Source: a virus. Taken from it: 64,000 nt of DNA. The stretch lies in IMG/VR virus record IMGVR_UViG_3300029319_009270, positions 26,545 to 90,544 of that record. One strand, 5' to 3'. Every line of letters starts with the position of its first letter. Within the stretch, counting starts at the first letter, position 1. Position numbers and translations under genes: made by a program. Below are positions 8,482 through 17,875 of the stretch, piece after piece. The notes below the pieces were generated by a model. The model searched no databases. It saw only the letters and a list, made by a program, of their open reading frames with translations, and was not told the origin of the DNA.

Positions 8482-11273
8482 AGCATGTCCTCTACTAACT
8501 TACTAATTAATCTTATTTCATTTAATTCTTGCTTTAAGCGCTCAGCTTCGTCTGATGCAATTTTTTGCTGATGTTCCATGTGTTGTACGTCAGCATATTC
8601 CTTGATTCCCCTTACTAATACATAAGGATATATATCGAAAGCAGCGTCTATTGCTTTTTTTCTTTTTTGTTCTGCTGTTGATTTTTCATCATCTTTCATG
8701 CGTTGTAAACTAACTAAATCAGCTTGCTGAACTTTATTCAGCAAAGACTTAATATCTGCTTCCTTTTCAGGTATGTATTCTGAAATAATCTTATCATACA
8801 ACCCAATACTTTCAGCATAGATTTTATAAAATTCATTTTCATCAACACCTAAAACTAAAAATTTCTGTGTACCTTTTTTGTTGGGCGAAGAAAAGTCAGG
8901 AACATTCTTTTTGCCCATAAAATGTTCTGCTAAACTAAAAGCTTCCTTGTAATCAATATCTTCATACGCAGCATCTAATTTTTCAGCAATTGATACACGC
9001 CACTTTTTATCTGTTTTTTGTATCACATCATCAAGAATATCGCCTAAAATACTCCTAGCTATAATACCTCCTAATCCGTGAATACCGGATCTATATCCTT
9101 CAACAATACCAGTTAACTCTTCTTCATTGAATGAATCACGAACCCAGTCTGTTAAAGCAAAAACAGGTATATCTTTATTATGCTCAATAGCACCCGACAC
9201 AAGAGCAATGTCTCGAAGCGGTAATTCCTGATATGCTTCGTCAATCATTTCGAAATCTTTATTTGCAATATTTATTGCATTTCTAAATTCTTCTGACTGT
9301 GTTGCTATAACTTCTGGATTGTTAATATCAATATTATCTTTTGTTTCTTCATTTTTAATTTTCAAAAATTGTTTTGATAAATCATCTATTTGTTCTTGTC
9401 TGTTATATATTTTTAAAAAGACAGGTAAATTTTGAATAACTTTTTCTATAACTTGAGAAGCAATCTCTGCAAACTTTTTTGCGCCAGGATGATTATCAGT
9501 CTCATTTTTCGATAGTTGTAATAATCGTAATTTTCTTTCAGGGAATTTTAAAACCCACTGCCTCAAACCTGATTCTCCTCTAAATCCGTACAAAGGCGCA
9601 ATGTGCGTATACCTTTGAGGATTTGCTTGCTTTTCTAAAGTTTTAATTAATTTCTCTGTTTCGCCAGACTCAGCATCATCAAGTTTTTGTTGTTGCTTTT
9701 CTAATTCAATCCTTTCCTTTTCTTTTTGTGCTGACTCATGAGAATCTACTGCATAAGCAACTGTTGAATCAACAAAAACTGTAATAGCCTCAAGCAATTC
9801 AGTTTTTGTCATTGTTACTGTTAACTCTGGAATATCTGGATTTTGTATTTTAAAGTTCCCATCTTTGGTATAATACTTTGACTTTTCCATCAAAGCATAT
9901 ATCGCAGGCGGATAAGTTTTTCTAATTTCATCAGCAAACTGGTGGGCATGAAAATTGAAATTTCTCATTGTGTAATATTCTGTAGCTCTATGAATTGAAA
10001 AGTACTTGTGGATAATTCGATCTATATTTACACCTTCTTCTTCAATATCGTACTTGTATGCCATTGTTATTAATTTAGCCATTTCTTTGTTAGCATCATT
10101 TGTGTTGTACTTAAAATGCGTTGCATAAATATCTAAATTTCTTTGATACGTCGGATTAAACTCATACAACCCTTTTAAGATTTTAAAAATTTGTGCCTCT
10201 ATTTGATCGTTTGTTAAATTAAAAATGGCTCTAGACCTAATAGCATTGTTATAAACTAAACCGTATTTTGAACTAATATCCTTCATAATTCCTGCGCTAT
10301 ATTCAACACTACCTACTGACCCAGGCTTTTTCCTTGTAATTGTCATTGCCTTTCCGAACCCTGTTTCTCTAGGTGCTATTTGTGAACCTCCGTATGTCAA
10401 ACTATGATTGGCAGAAATTAATTGATAGTTAACTTCATAAACTGCTTGCATTGCAACAAAAACAACATCCATATGAGGCGTTTCAGGATTATCAAACGAC
10501 CATGTTTTTGCTGCATCAACAATTGATTGTAATTCTTCCGGGACTTCTTCTTCATTAACTATGATTGCAGCGGCTCGCTCTGCTGCTCTTAGTCTTGGTT
10601 CAATAATTTTTGATGCATCAACATTAGCGGGTACTACAACTATGTCTTTAAATTGCTTCATCATGTCTTCGATATCTTTAATATCTTGAACATTTTGATC
10701 ACCTTGCTGTTTAATTTGTTGAGATATTAATTGTGCATACTCACCTGTCGTTATCTCACCGCCACCAAAATCGTCAGCGATATCTTCATCATCGATCTCT
10801 TTATCATCATCGTCCGCGCCCTGCTGTTTAAGCCACTGTGCTGCTGCATCATCTTTATCACCGAATGGATCATCATCATCATGATAAGATTCAATTAATC
10901 TTCTAAATGATTCTAAGAGCTCGTCACTCATTTTTTTATCTTGATGACTATCTAAAGAGTTGTCCAACATTCTATGAAGTTGTCTATAAAATTTTTCTAT
11001 CTGATCTTCAGGGACTTCTGCCGCTATTAATTGTGCAGCTCGACCTAATTCTCCTTTTGTCCCTGGGACATATTCTGCGTCATCGACAGGGGGAGCTTCT
11101 ACTGCCAGCTGTGATGACATCATCTCAACAGGTTTAGTAGGTAAATCTTCTGATTCCATTCCACTATCAAACATTGTACTTGTCATATCACCGTAGCTAG
11201 GTGTTCTATTTTCAACTATTTTTTTAATAAAATTTTCAAGTACTGTCTTCTTTATTGTTATGCTCATGTGCAA
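8478..11273 (-). CDS. Large acidic hypothetical protein (putative virion internal protein)
   Basis: 931-aa ORF; N-terminal ITIKKTVLENFIKKIVE motif; ATAATTAT upstream. Confidence 0.8.
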   Translation of the reverse strand: MHMSITIKKTVLENFIKKIVENRTPSYGDMTSTMFDSGMESEDLPTKPVEMMSSQLAVEAPPVDDAEYVPGTKGELGRAAQLIAAEVPEDQIEKFYRQLHRMLDNSLDSHQDKKMSDELLESFRRLIESYHDDDDPFGDKDDAAAQWLKQQGADDDDKEIDDEDIADDFGGGEITTGEYAQLISQQIKQQGDQNVQDIKDIEDMMKQFKDIVVVPANVDASKIIEPRLRAAERAAAIIVNEEEVPEELQSIVDAAKTWSFDNPETPHMDVVFVAMQAVYEVNYQLISANHSLTYGGSQIAPRETGFGKAMTITRKKPGSVGSVEYSAGIMKDISSKYGLVYNNAIRSRAIFNLTNDQIEAQIFKILKGLYEFNPTYQRNLDIYATHFKYNTNDANKEMAKLITMAYKYDIEEEGVNIDRIIHKYFSIHRATEYYTMRNFNFHAHQFADEIRKTYPPAIYALMEKSKYYTKDGNFKIQNPDIPELTVTMTKTELLEAITVFVDSTVAYAVDSHESAQKEKERIELEKQQQKLDDAESGETEKLIKTLEKQANPQRYTHIAPLYGFRGESGLRQWVLKFPERKLRLLQLSKNETDNHPGAKKFAEIASQVIEKVIQNLPVFLKIYNRQEQIDDLSKQFLKIKNEETKDNIDINNPEVIATQSEEFRNAINIANKDFEMIDEAYQELPLRDIALVSGAIEHNKDIPVFALTDWVRDSFNEEELTGIVEGYRSGIHGLGGIIARSILGDILDDVIQKTDKKWRVSIAEKLDAAYEDIDYKEAFSLAEHFMGKKNVPDFSSPNKKGTQKFLVLGVDENEFYKIYAESIGLYDKIISEYIPEKEADIKSLLNKVQQADLVSLQRMKDDEKSTAEQKRKKAIDAAFDIYPYVLVRGIKEYADVQHMEHQQKIASDEAERLKQELNEIRLISKLVEDML

Positions 11274-11313
11274 CCTCGCTTACACAATAATTATGTTTGT
11301 ATTTTATAAAATA

Positions 11314-11706
11314 CTAATAAACTGCGTAAAGAATGCTAATAGTAGTTGCTGTACCTAGCAGAAAGCCTCCTGCAGCATATGATATAGGTTTCAATGGTTT
11401 ACTAAGATTTTCAATTTCCTTAATCCTCTCATCCCTCAGAGAAACTTTTTCATTTAAAATTTTTATTTGTGAATTTAATTCTATGGTAGTTTTTTGCAAA
11501 TTTAATTCATTAAGTTCTTTCAGCTTTTGCTTTTCATATTCTATTTGCAAATCGCACTGCTGGACTTTAAATTTATCCTCTATCGATAATTTTACAATTG
11601 CTTCATCATTTAAAAGCCTGCCATCAAAAGGCGCGACATCACCCTCTTTAAGTTGCGTAAACTGTGGATCTGCATGTGCCAATGACAATAATAAAAAACC
11701 CAACAT
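11314..11706 (-). CDS. Signal peptide, coiled coil and C-terminal TM protein (spanin-like lysis component)
   Basis: MLGFLLLSLAHA signal, coiled coil, C-terminal hydrophobic helix; next to an i-spanin-like gene. Confidence 0.55.
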   Translation of the reverse strand: MLGFLLLSLAHADPQFTQLKEGDVAPFDGRLLNDEAIVKLSIEDKFKVQQCDLQIEYEKQKLKELNELNLQKTTIELNSQIKILNEKVSLRDERIKEIENLSKPLKPISYAAGGFLLGTATTISILYAVY

Positions 11707-11778
11707 AACCTCTCCTTTTTTGAGATTATACTGGGTAAATTTACAAATTAAAATGAATTAATAGTCTTAATTATTGTC

Positions 11779-12183
11779 TTACGACTTTTTCACTTTCTTA
11801 ATGCCCATATCAATTAGTAGTTTATCTAATTCTTCTGGGTCGTTTCGCACAGCATCAATTTGTCTTCTATACTCTAGATCTTTTTCTTTTTGCAAATGAC
11901 TGTTAGCATCTTCATATTTTTTATCTAATTCTCGCATAGCTGTTTGATATTGTATTTCTGCTTTAATTAGTTTTCTTCTCTTTGCTTTCTTTTCTTTTTC
12001 AATCATTTCAACTTCGCGCTTGTATTGATCACGTGCTAACTCTGCATTTATTTTTAAACTTCTTTGTTTTTTTGAACCTGCCATATAAGCTAAAAAAGCA
12101 CCTAGTGTAAGAACTAACCAACGCCAGTGTTGTATACACCAAGCAGTTATTTTTTTTAGTTGTGCTTTTACTTTTAAAAACAT
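11779..12183 (-). CDS. Putative i-spanin (Rz-like)
   Basis: N-terminal TM (WRWLVLTLGAFLAYMAG) followed by a long charged coiled coil. Confidence 0.5.
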   Translation of the reverse strand: MFLKVKAQLKKITAWCIQHWRWLVLTLGAFLAYMAGSKKQRSLKINAELARDQYKREVEMIEKEKKAKRRKLIKAEIQYQTAMRELDKKYEDANSHLQKEKDLEYRRQIDAVRNDPEELDKLLIDMGIKKVKKS

Positions 12184-12903
12184 TTAATAACCATCATCTT
12201 GCGAAATTATTTCATCATAAAGGTCGTATAATCTGTCGGGAATATCAATTTCACTATAATATTTTCTAATGATATCTTCAGCAGCTTTTTGATCAACAAT
12301 AACTAAATCTGCATACATTGTCATAGGTCCGGGAACATTCTCATACATTGCAACTACAATTCCGTCTTTATTAACAAAAGCGTCATCAGATTCAATATAG
12401 TTTAAATAACCAGAGTCACTATCCGCTATATCTTCTAACACGTAAACTGTGTTATGTGCCAAAAGAGTATCAAGAATAGCTTCATCAGAAACATTAGCAG
12501 AAGGCGGATCTCGGTCTGATTCGTGTGGAGTCATAGCATCATAACTGGCTTGTGCTCTACTAAAAGCGGCATTTCGCCTACTATGATACATTTCTTTAAT
12601 TAGTTTTCTTAACTGTGTTCTTGTGATTTTCATAAGATCGCTAGGTGTTCGTCTTATGCGTGGACGAGGTCTATTGGCTCTTTGTTTGACATCACGATCT
12701 ACCCGATCTCGCCAAGCATCATCAGGGCTAACGTATTCATAATCCGGAGGAGCTAATTCAGGATCGCCCAGCAAACCTTCGTACCCGCCTGGAGCACTTA
12801 TTTCCTCCTCGCCAAACTCATAAGGAAGATCATGATTAGTGTATATGTCTTTAGGCATCTCTTTCAAGATTATCTTTCTAAGCAACTTCCTATTAAGCTT
12901 CAT
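12184..12903 (-). CDS. Hypothetical protein with two copies of the MK(L/I)xRxxLRKxI motif
   Basis: MKLNRKLLRKIILKEM at the start and MKITRTQLRKLIKEM at internal ATG 12633. Confidence 0.75.
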   Translation of the reverse strand: MKLNRKLLRKIILKEMPKDIYTNHDLPYEFGEEEISAPGGYEGLLGDPELAPPDYEYVSPDDAWRDRVDRDVKQRANRPRPRIRRTPSDLMKITRTQLRKLIKEMYHSRRNAAFSRAQASYDAMTPHESDRDPPSANVSDEAILDTLLAHNTVYVLEDIADSDSGYLNYIESDDAFVNKDGIVVAMYENVPGPMTMYADLVIVDQKAAEDIIRKYYSEIDIPDRLYDLYDEIISQDDGY

Positions 12904-13175
12904 TACCCTCTCCAGATCTTTGCAAAATCAATAGCCGATTGACCTCCAATGTAGCACATTGCAATCATTCCCCAAGTTTCTGGATCTAATCCTGCCCAGA
13001 CAAACAAACTTGTAGCAACTAAAAATACTAAAAGTTTTCTAGATACAACTTTTTCTTGTACCGCGTCTAAAACACCCTTTGACTTAGAATTAATATACCA
13101 TTTATTCAGCGCTTCTTCACTCATCTCTTTATTTGCTAATTCTTTAGCTTTGTCTAGTATTTCCCCTTTATTCAT
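12903..13175 (-). CDS. Putative holin
   Basis: 90 aa; SRK followed by two TM segments and a basic C-terminus. Confidence 0.55.
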   Translation of the reverse strand: MNKGEILDKAKELANKEMSEEALNKWYINSKSKGVLDAVQEKVVSRKLLVFLVATSLFVWAGLDPETWGMIAMCYIGGQSAIDFAKIWRG

Positions 13176-13447
13176 TTGTCTCCTCCTTTAAACGGATCAT
13201 TATCCTCTAACATCGCATAAATATCTTCAACGTCTGTTTTTGTATATTTTTTTACTGCCTTTACTTGTTTATCCTTAACAAGTTGATCCATTATTCTTAT
13301 AACATCATTTGATTGCTGACCTACTCGTCTAGCAAACTCTTGTAAAACTTCTTGCATAGATAGATCTCTCTTGAAACACTGAATTCTAAATTCGGAATGG
13401 ACTTCGTGTGTCATGTTAATATGTAAAGATTTTTTACCTCTTATCAT
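13172..13447 (-). CDS. Ribbon-helix-helix DNA-binding protein (putative)
   Basis: KKSLHINM strand, helix, then LSMQEVL helix pattern. Confidence 0.6.
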   Translation of the reverse strand: MIRGKKSLHINMTHEVHSEFRIQCFKRDLSMQEVLQEFARRVGQQSNDVIRIMDQLVKDKQVKAVKKYTKTDVEDIYAMLEDNDPFKGGDK

Positions 13448-14034
13448 TAACCGCCTCCAGTTCCGGTACCACCTGCGTACGCGCCTAATCCTTGAGGTGC
13501 TGCTCTTCCTTCTTCTTCTGCAAAATCATCCTCTATTTCTATATCGTACTGGGACTCTAGAATTGCATCGAAACGTTCAGTATGTTCTTCGTTATAGTTT
13601 TCTTTCAAAAAAGCTTTAGCTCGATTGTATATTGCAGCTTCAACTTTCAAAAGCTTGTCAAAATTCATTATCAGTCTAGCGACCTTAGATCCAAATTGGT
13701 CTATATCAATTTTAGATTTATTAGGTTCTGCTTCGTCTTCTTCTGTTTGTTCTTCTGATCCCGTTGTAGCACCTTCTGCATCAGCAGCAGGATCTAAAGT
13801 TTCTTGCTCTTGTAGTAATATTTCAATTTTTTTTGTAAGAAAAGATTCTGATAGATTGTCTAGCTCGCTCTCTTTTAACGCAGACTCCGATTCAAACTTT
13901 ATAAGTAGAGAGTCAATTTGATCGTCGACGGAACCTCGTGCTAATCTAGATTTTTTACCGACTTTTACGTCTTCATCTTCTTTTTCCGGGATTTCTCCGA
14001 GATCTGCTTCAAATATCAATTTATATAAATTCAT
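13447..14034 (-). CDS. Acidic hypothetical protein (putative virion protein)
   Basis: 195-aa ORF with LIFE/LKE/LSE/LQE motifs and a Gly-rich tail. Confidence 0.75.
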   Translation of the reverse strand: MNLYKLIFEADLGEIPEKEDEDVKVGKKSRLARGSVDDQIDSLLIKFESESALKESELDNLSESFLTKKIEILLQEQETLDPAADAEGATTGSEEQTEEDEAEPNKSKIDIDQFGSKVARLIMNFDKLLKVEAAIYNRAKAFLKENYNEEHTERFDAILESQYDIEIEDDFAEEEGRAAPQGLGAYAGGTGTGGG

Positions 14035-14036
14035 TA

Positions 14037-14729
14037 TTAACCTCTAATAACAGCCAAAATTCTATCTGCTCTTTCAATTCTTTTTTCTATTACATTCCAA
14101 TTTAGTTCTTTCATCATAGCTGTCGTGTACAACTTTACATCTTTAAGGTAATCCCTATAATAAGCATGTTGCCAAACATCCATTACGATCACCGGATAAA
14201 ATCCAGCAGGAACTTGCTGAGAATGCAAGTCTATAACACAGTTCATGTATTTTTGTGTGTATGTATTTAAATATGTAACTGCCCAACCACATCTAGCAGC
14301 AGAACAGCATGCGATAAAATCTCTTTGCCAGTCATCAAAAGAACCAAAGTCCCTCTGCAACCTCATAAAAGAAAGAGAATCCATCGTTATTTCAGAATTA
14401 ACATCGCTTATGTTTGCAAAATATAATTCATGGAGGTAAGCAGCATTCATATTGTAAGTCTCATCAATTTTTAATTGACGATAATCAGAATGATTTGAAT
14501 TAGATTTTGATCGATCAACAGTGTCTAACTTTGCACTAATCTCATTAAAATCTTTAAGATACTGCTGATACAGTTTTTTGTGATTTTCTTTATTCTTGTT
14601 ACTAAGAAATTCTGTGTTTAACTTAAATTGTTTTTCTTGAGCAATTAGCGCTTCATCTATTCTATCTTCTTTCAATCCTAAGTTGTCTTTAATTAAAGAT
14701 TTCACTTCATTATTTAACAAGTAATCCAT
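14037..14729 (-). CDS. Fe/Mn superoxide dismutase family protein
   Basis: Metal ligands in NHKKLY, LHELYF and DVWQHAYY; FGSFDDW and GWA motifs. Confidence 0.88.
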   Translation of the reverse strand: MDYLLNNEVKSLIKDNLGLKEDRIDEALIAQEKQFKLNTEFLSNKNKENHKKLYQQYLKDFNEISAKLDTVDRSKSNSNHSDYRQLKIDETYNMNAAYLHELYFANISDVNSEITMDSLSFMRLQRDFGSFDDWQRDFIACCSAARCGWAVTYLNTYTQKYMNCVIDLHSQQVPAGFYPVIVMDVWQHAYYRDYLKDVKLYTTAMMKELNWNVIEKRIERADRILAVIRG

Positions 14730-14731
14730 TA

Positions 14732-14980
14732 TTATGCCCTTTTAAAGTATTTTTTTAACTCATCATAATCTATAACAAAAGAAAAATCACCTCGACGTAG
14801 GTTAAAAAAATATTGATTGTCTTTAAAGAAAGCTTTTTCTATTGTATACTTGATTCGAGTATCCTTGTCCATAACAATAAAATGCTTTCTTAAAGCTGAT
14901 TTTTCTGGAAGCTCTTTTAATGCGTCATTTGATCCGTCAGATTCCAAAAGCTTTTTTAAGATATTTTTATATTCTTTCAT
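14732..14980 (-). CDS. Hypothetical protein
   Basis: Probable start MKEYKNILKKLLES at 14980, downstream of ATACTTAT. Confidence 0.65.
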   Translation of the reverse strand: MKEYKNILKKLLESDGSNDALKELPEKSALRKHFIVMDKDTRIKYTIEKAFFKDNQYFFNLRRGDFSFVIDYDELKKYFKRA

Positions 14981-15008
14981 TATATGACTACCTAGCTTAA
15001 TATAAGTA

Positions 15009-15434
15009 TTACGAATCAATCGTTCTTACTATAATTCCAGAGCTTTCTAGTATATCTATTCCCTTACTGTTAGGATATCTTTCTAAATATATGACTTCTT
15101 TAATTCCTGCATTAATAATTGCTTTGGCGCAAACATCACAAGGAGATAATGTCAAGTACATTTTTTTGTCTTTTGACGTATTGTAGTCACACTTAATTAA
15201 TGCATTGATTTCAGCGTGTATAAAACCACTCATACCTACCTGATTTGAATCCCTTGTATTTGGACCGCCTTTTTGATCTCCATTATATCCAACAGCAAAA
15301 ACCTGAGTGTTGTCTTCTGACACAATAACACAGCCGACTTTGTGTTTTGGGTCGACTGATCTACAAGCTATCATTCTAGCAAATTGGGACCAAATATGGT
15401 CCCAACTAGGTCTTCCACTTCTGATTGCGTACAT
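15009..15434 (-). CDS. dCMP deaminase (ComEB-like)
   Basis: VGCVIV, GYNG, HAEINA and SPCDVC zinc motifs. Confidence 0.93.
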   Translation of the reverse strand: MYAIRSGRPSWDHIWSQFARMIACRSVDPKHKVGCVIVSEDNTQVFAVGYNGDQKGGPNTRDSNQVGMSGFIHAEINALIKCDYNTSKDKKMYLTLSPCDVCAKAIINAGIKEVIYLERYPNSKGIDILESSGIIVRTIDS

Positions 15435-15436
15435 TG

Positions 15437-16288
15437 TTATTCATCCTCTTCTTGAATGTCAGAAAATATTTCATCAACATGTTTATCCTTGCTAATTCTA
15501 AAACCCGCTGCTTTTCTATGACCCCCGCCTCCAAATTCTTTGGCAATCTCAGAAACATCAATTGTATCATGAAACGATCTTAAACTGACTAGGGTAGTTT
15601 TTGCATCGTGGTCGTAATACCAAATTGTTGCAAAATCACAATCAGGAGAAAGTTTAGCGCCTATTTCTGACATCCAATGTGAAGCATTAACAACATATGT
15701 TTTCATACCTTTGTACTCTTTTAAAGTTGCTTTTTCACATATCTTTTTAATAACTGTCTTTGAATACGCTAATATATAGCTACCTCTTTTAACAGCGTCA
15801 TCAAAGACAGAATCATCTTCAAATTTTTCAAACTCTTCAAATTCAAACGGAACCATGTCAAAAGCTGCACTAAATTCTTTTGAATAAGGTAATTCCCATT
15901 TCCACAGATCTCTGTCCATAATGTACTGAATAAACTTAGGTGGTTCCTTTCCTGGATGAAACCACTCCCAAGATAACATCGCACCACTTTTGGTCATGTC
16001 AAAATGTGTATTACTAATATCGTGTAATTCAACCATAGCAGATTTATGATGATCAATAACTAATAAATTATTAGAGTCTTCTATCATCTTTTTTGTTGTT
16101 GCGTTATTAAAAGAAAAATCTAATATTACAACATTCTTATTTTTAACATCTGGGGGTTGGGTACCGTGCTTGCACGCGTGATACTCTGCTCTATTACCAA
16201 GTAGCTTCCACGCAGAATATGCAGCACCAAAACCGTCTGTACAATGTGCATGATATATTACACAATCTACGCTGTTCGGATCTAACAT
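15437..16288 (-). CDS. DHH/DHHA1 phosphoesterase
   Basis: DGFGAA, ILDF, IDHH, SLRS and GGGGH.AAG. Confidence 0.92.
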   Translation of the reverse strand: MLDPNSVDCVIYHAHCTDGFGAAYSAWKLLGNRAEYHACKHGTQPPDVKNKNVVILDFSFNNATTKKMIEDSNNLLVIDHHKSAMVELHDISNTHFDMTKSGAMLSWEWFHPGKEPPKFIQYIMDRDLWKWELPYSKEFSAAFDMVPFEFEEFEKFEDDSVFDDAVKRGSYILAYSKTVIKKICEKATLKEYKGMKTYVVNASHWMSEIGAKLSPDCDFATIWYYDHDAKTTLVSLRSFHDTIDVSEIAKEFGGGGHRKAAGFRISKDKHVDEIFSDIQEEDE

Positions 16289-16302
16289 ATTATACTCCTA
16301 AA

Positions 16303-16878
16303 CTAAATGCGCATATAAGTATGGTGTTCCTGACATCTTGGCTCGTAAAGTTCTGACCCACCTACTTGAATTTTTTTATTCGCATTACTTAAACTATGTT
16401 GTTGTTTTTTGTGTGTATATCTTGCATCTTTCTGGCATATCGGACAAACAGCTTTACATTTTACAATTCTTGTACAAAAAGGCATTATTTTTTGTACTTC
16501 TTCAAAAGGCTCTCCTAAAAAATTTAAATCAATTGAAGCAATTACTACATCATAACCCATTTTAAAAAGATCGATACACTCTTGTGCACTACCTTCTATT
16601 AAAAATAACTCATCTATAATTACACAGTCATAAAAGTCTGCGCCTAGATCATGAGATTTCATAATCTCTATAATTTCTTTTCCTGTATTAACAAGATGAG
16701 CATCAAGCTTATTGAAATTGTGTGTAACTATTTCGCCCTTACCAGAATATCTGTCATCCATTTTGGATTTAAAAGCAATCAAATTCTGTTTCCGGTATTC
16801 CCTTTTATCAGCTTCCATTAATAACTTTGTTGTCTTCGAACTGAACATTGGCCCAGTATACAATATCATTTCTGCCAT
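16303..16878 (-). CDS. tdk: Thymidine kinase (type II)
   Basis: GPMFSSKTT, DDRY, IDE, zinc lasso C..C and GGSELYEPRC; TAATG coupling at 16878. Confidence 0.93.
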   Translation of the reverse strand: MAEMILYTGPMFSSKTTKLLMEADKREYRKQNLIAFKSKMDDRYSGKGEIVTHNFNKLDAHLVNTGKEIIEIMKSHDLGADFYDCVIIDELFLIEGSAQECIDLFKMGYDVVIASIDLNFLGEPFEEVQKIMPFCTRIVKCKAVCPICQKDARYTHKKQQHSLSNANKKIQVGGSELYEPRCQEHHTYMRI

Positions 16879-17858
16879 TACTTCAAACCCCACCACTTAA
16901 CTGTTTTTTCTAATCCTTCCCAAAATCTTACTTTAGGCGTGTAACCAAAAGCTTCTTTTGCTCGAGTTATGTCTGCACATGTATGCATAACATCACCTGG
17001 TCGCCATGGTGCAGTATGAACTTTTGATCCGAAGTTATCTATAAAATAAGTTAATATCTCTCCATTTGTTACAGAATCGCTACACGCAATATTAAAACAT
17101 TGACCACGCCATCTTTCTTTTACCTTTGAGGAAAGTATATTTGCATCAACAACATTATCAACATAACACATGTCTCTACTTTGAGTTCCATCACCATCCG
17201 ATCGACAGCTAAGACCGTTTTTAGTAGCATGACACCAAGCAGAAACTGCAGTCGAATAAGGGCTGTCTCCATACTGACCCGGCCCAAACACGTTAAAATA
17301 TCGAAGGCAAACAATATCAGAATCATCATAAAGTGAACCATAAACTTTGGCGATATCTTCACACGCAGATTTTTGCCAAGCATAAGGTGACTTAGGCTTT
17401 TTGATCGTTGATTCAGGCGTAGGCATAATATCTGCGCCACCATAAACTGACGATGATGAAGAAAAAATAATTCTTGTTTTTCCAATTCTTGCTGCATCAA
17501 ATAATTTAACTGTATTCATTAAGTTGACCTCAGTCGTCTCTGCTGGATTCTCAACTGAAAAACTTACTCGTGGTACCGCAGCAAGATGAAATATGCAGTC
17601 ATAATTTCCTAATGCAACTTTTTCTAATATTCCGCTGAAAGCGAAATCACAATGAAAAAACCTAATAAAATCTCTGCCTGTTTCATCTATGCTGTGCATA
17701 ATCTGTGCCATTGATTTTCTAATTTTATATTCTTCTAACGAATCAAAATTACCGCTAGATAAATCATCAACAATGTCAATCGTGTAATTTTCTTCATGTA
17801 GCTTCTTAACTAAATTAGAACCTATGAAACCGAAACCACCCGTTACTAAAACTTTCAA
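16878..17858 (-). CDS. NAD-dependent NDP-sugar epimerase/dehydratase (extended SDR, WbpP/GalE-like)
   Basis: TGGFGFIG, HLAA, SSSSVY, YAWQK, RYFNVFGP and GDGTQSRD. Confidence 0.93.
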   Translation of the reverse strand: MKVLVTGGFGFIGSNLVKKLHEENYTIDIVDDLSSGNFDSLEEYKIRKSMAQIMHSIDETGRDFIRFFHCDFAFSGILEKVALGNYDCIFHLAAVPRVSFSVENPAETTEVNLMNTVKLFDAARIGKTRIIFSSSSSVYGGADIMPTPESTIKKPKSPYAWQKSACEDIAKVYGSLYDDSDIVCLRYFNVFGPGQYGDSPYSTAVSAWCHATKNGLSCRSDGDGTQSRDMCYVDNVVDANILSSKVKERWRGQCFNIACSDSVTNGEILTYFIDNFGSKVHTAPWRPGDVMHTCADITRAKEAFGYTPKVRFWEGLEKTVKWWGLK

Positions 17859-17875
17859 TTTTTACTCCAATTTTA

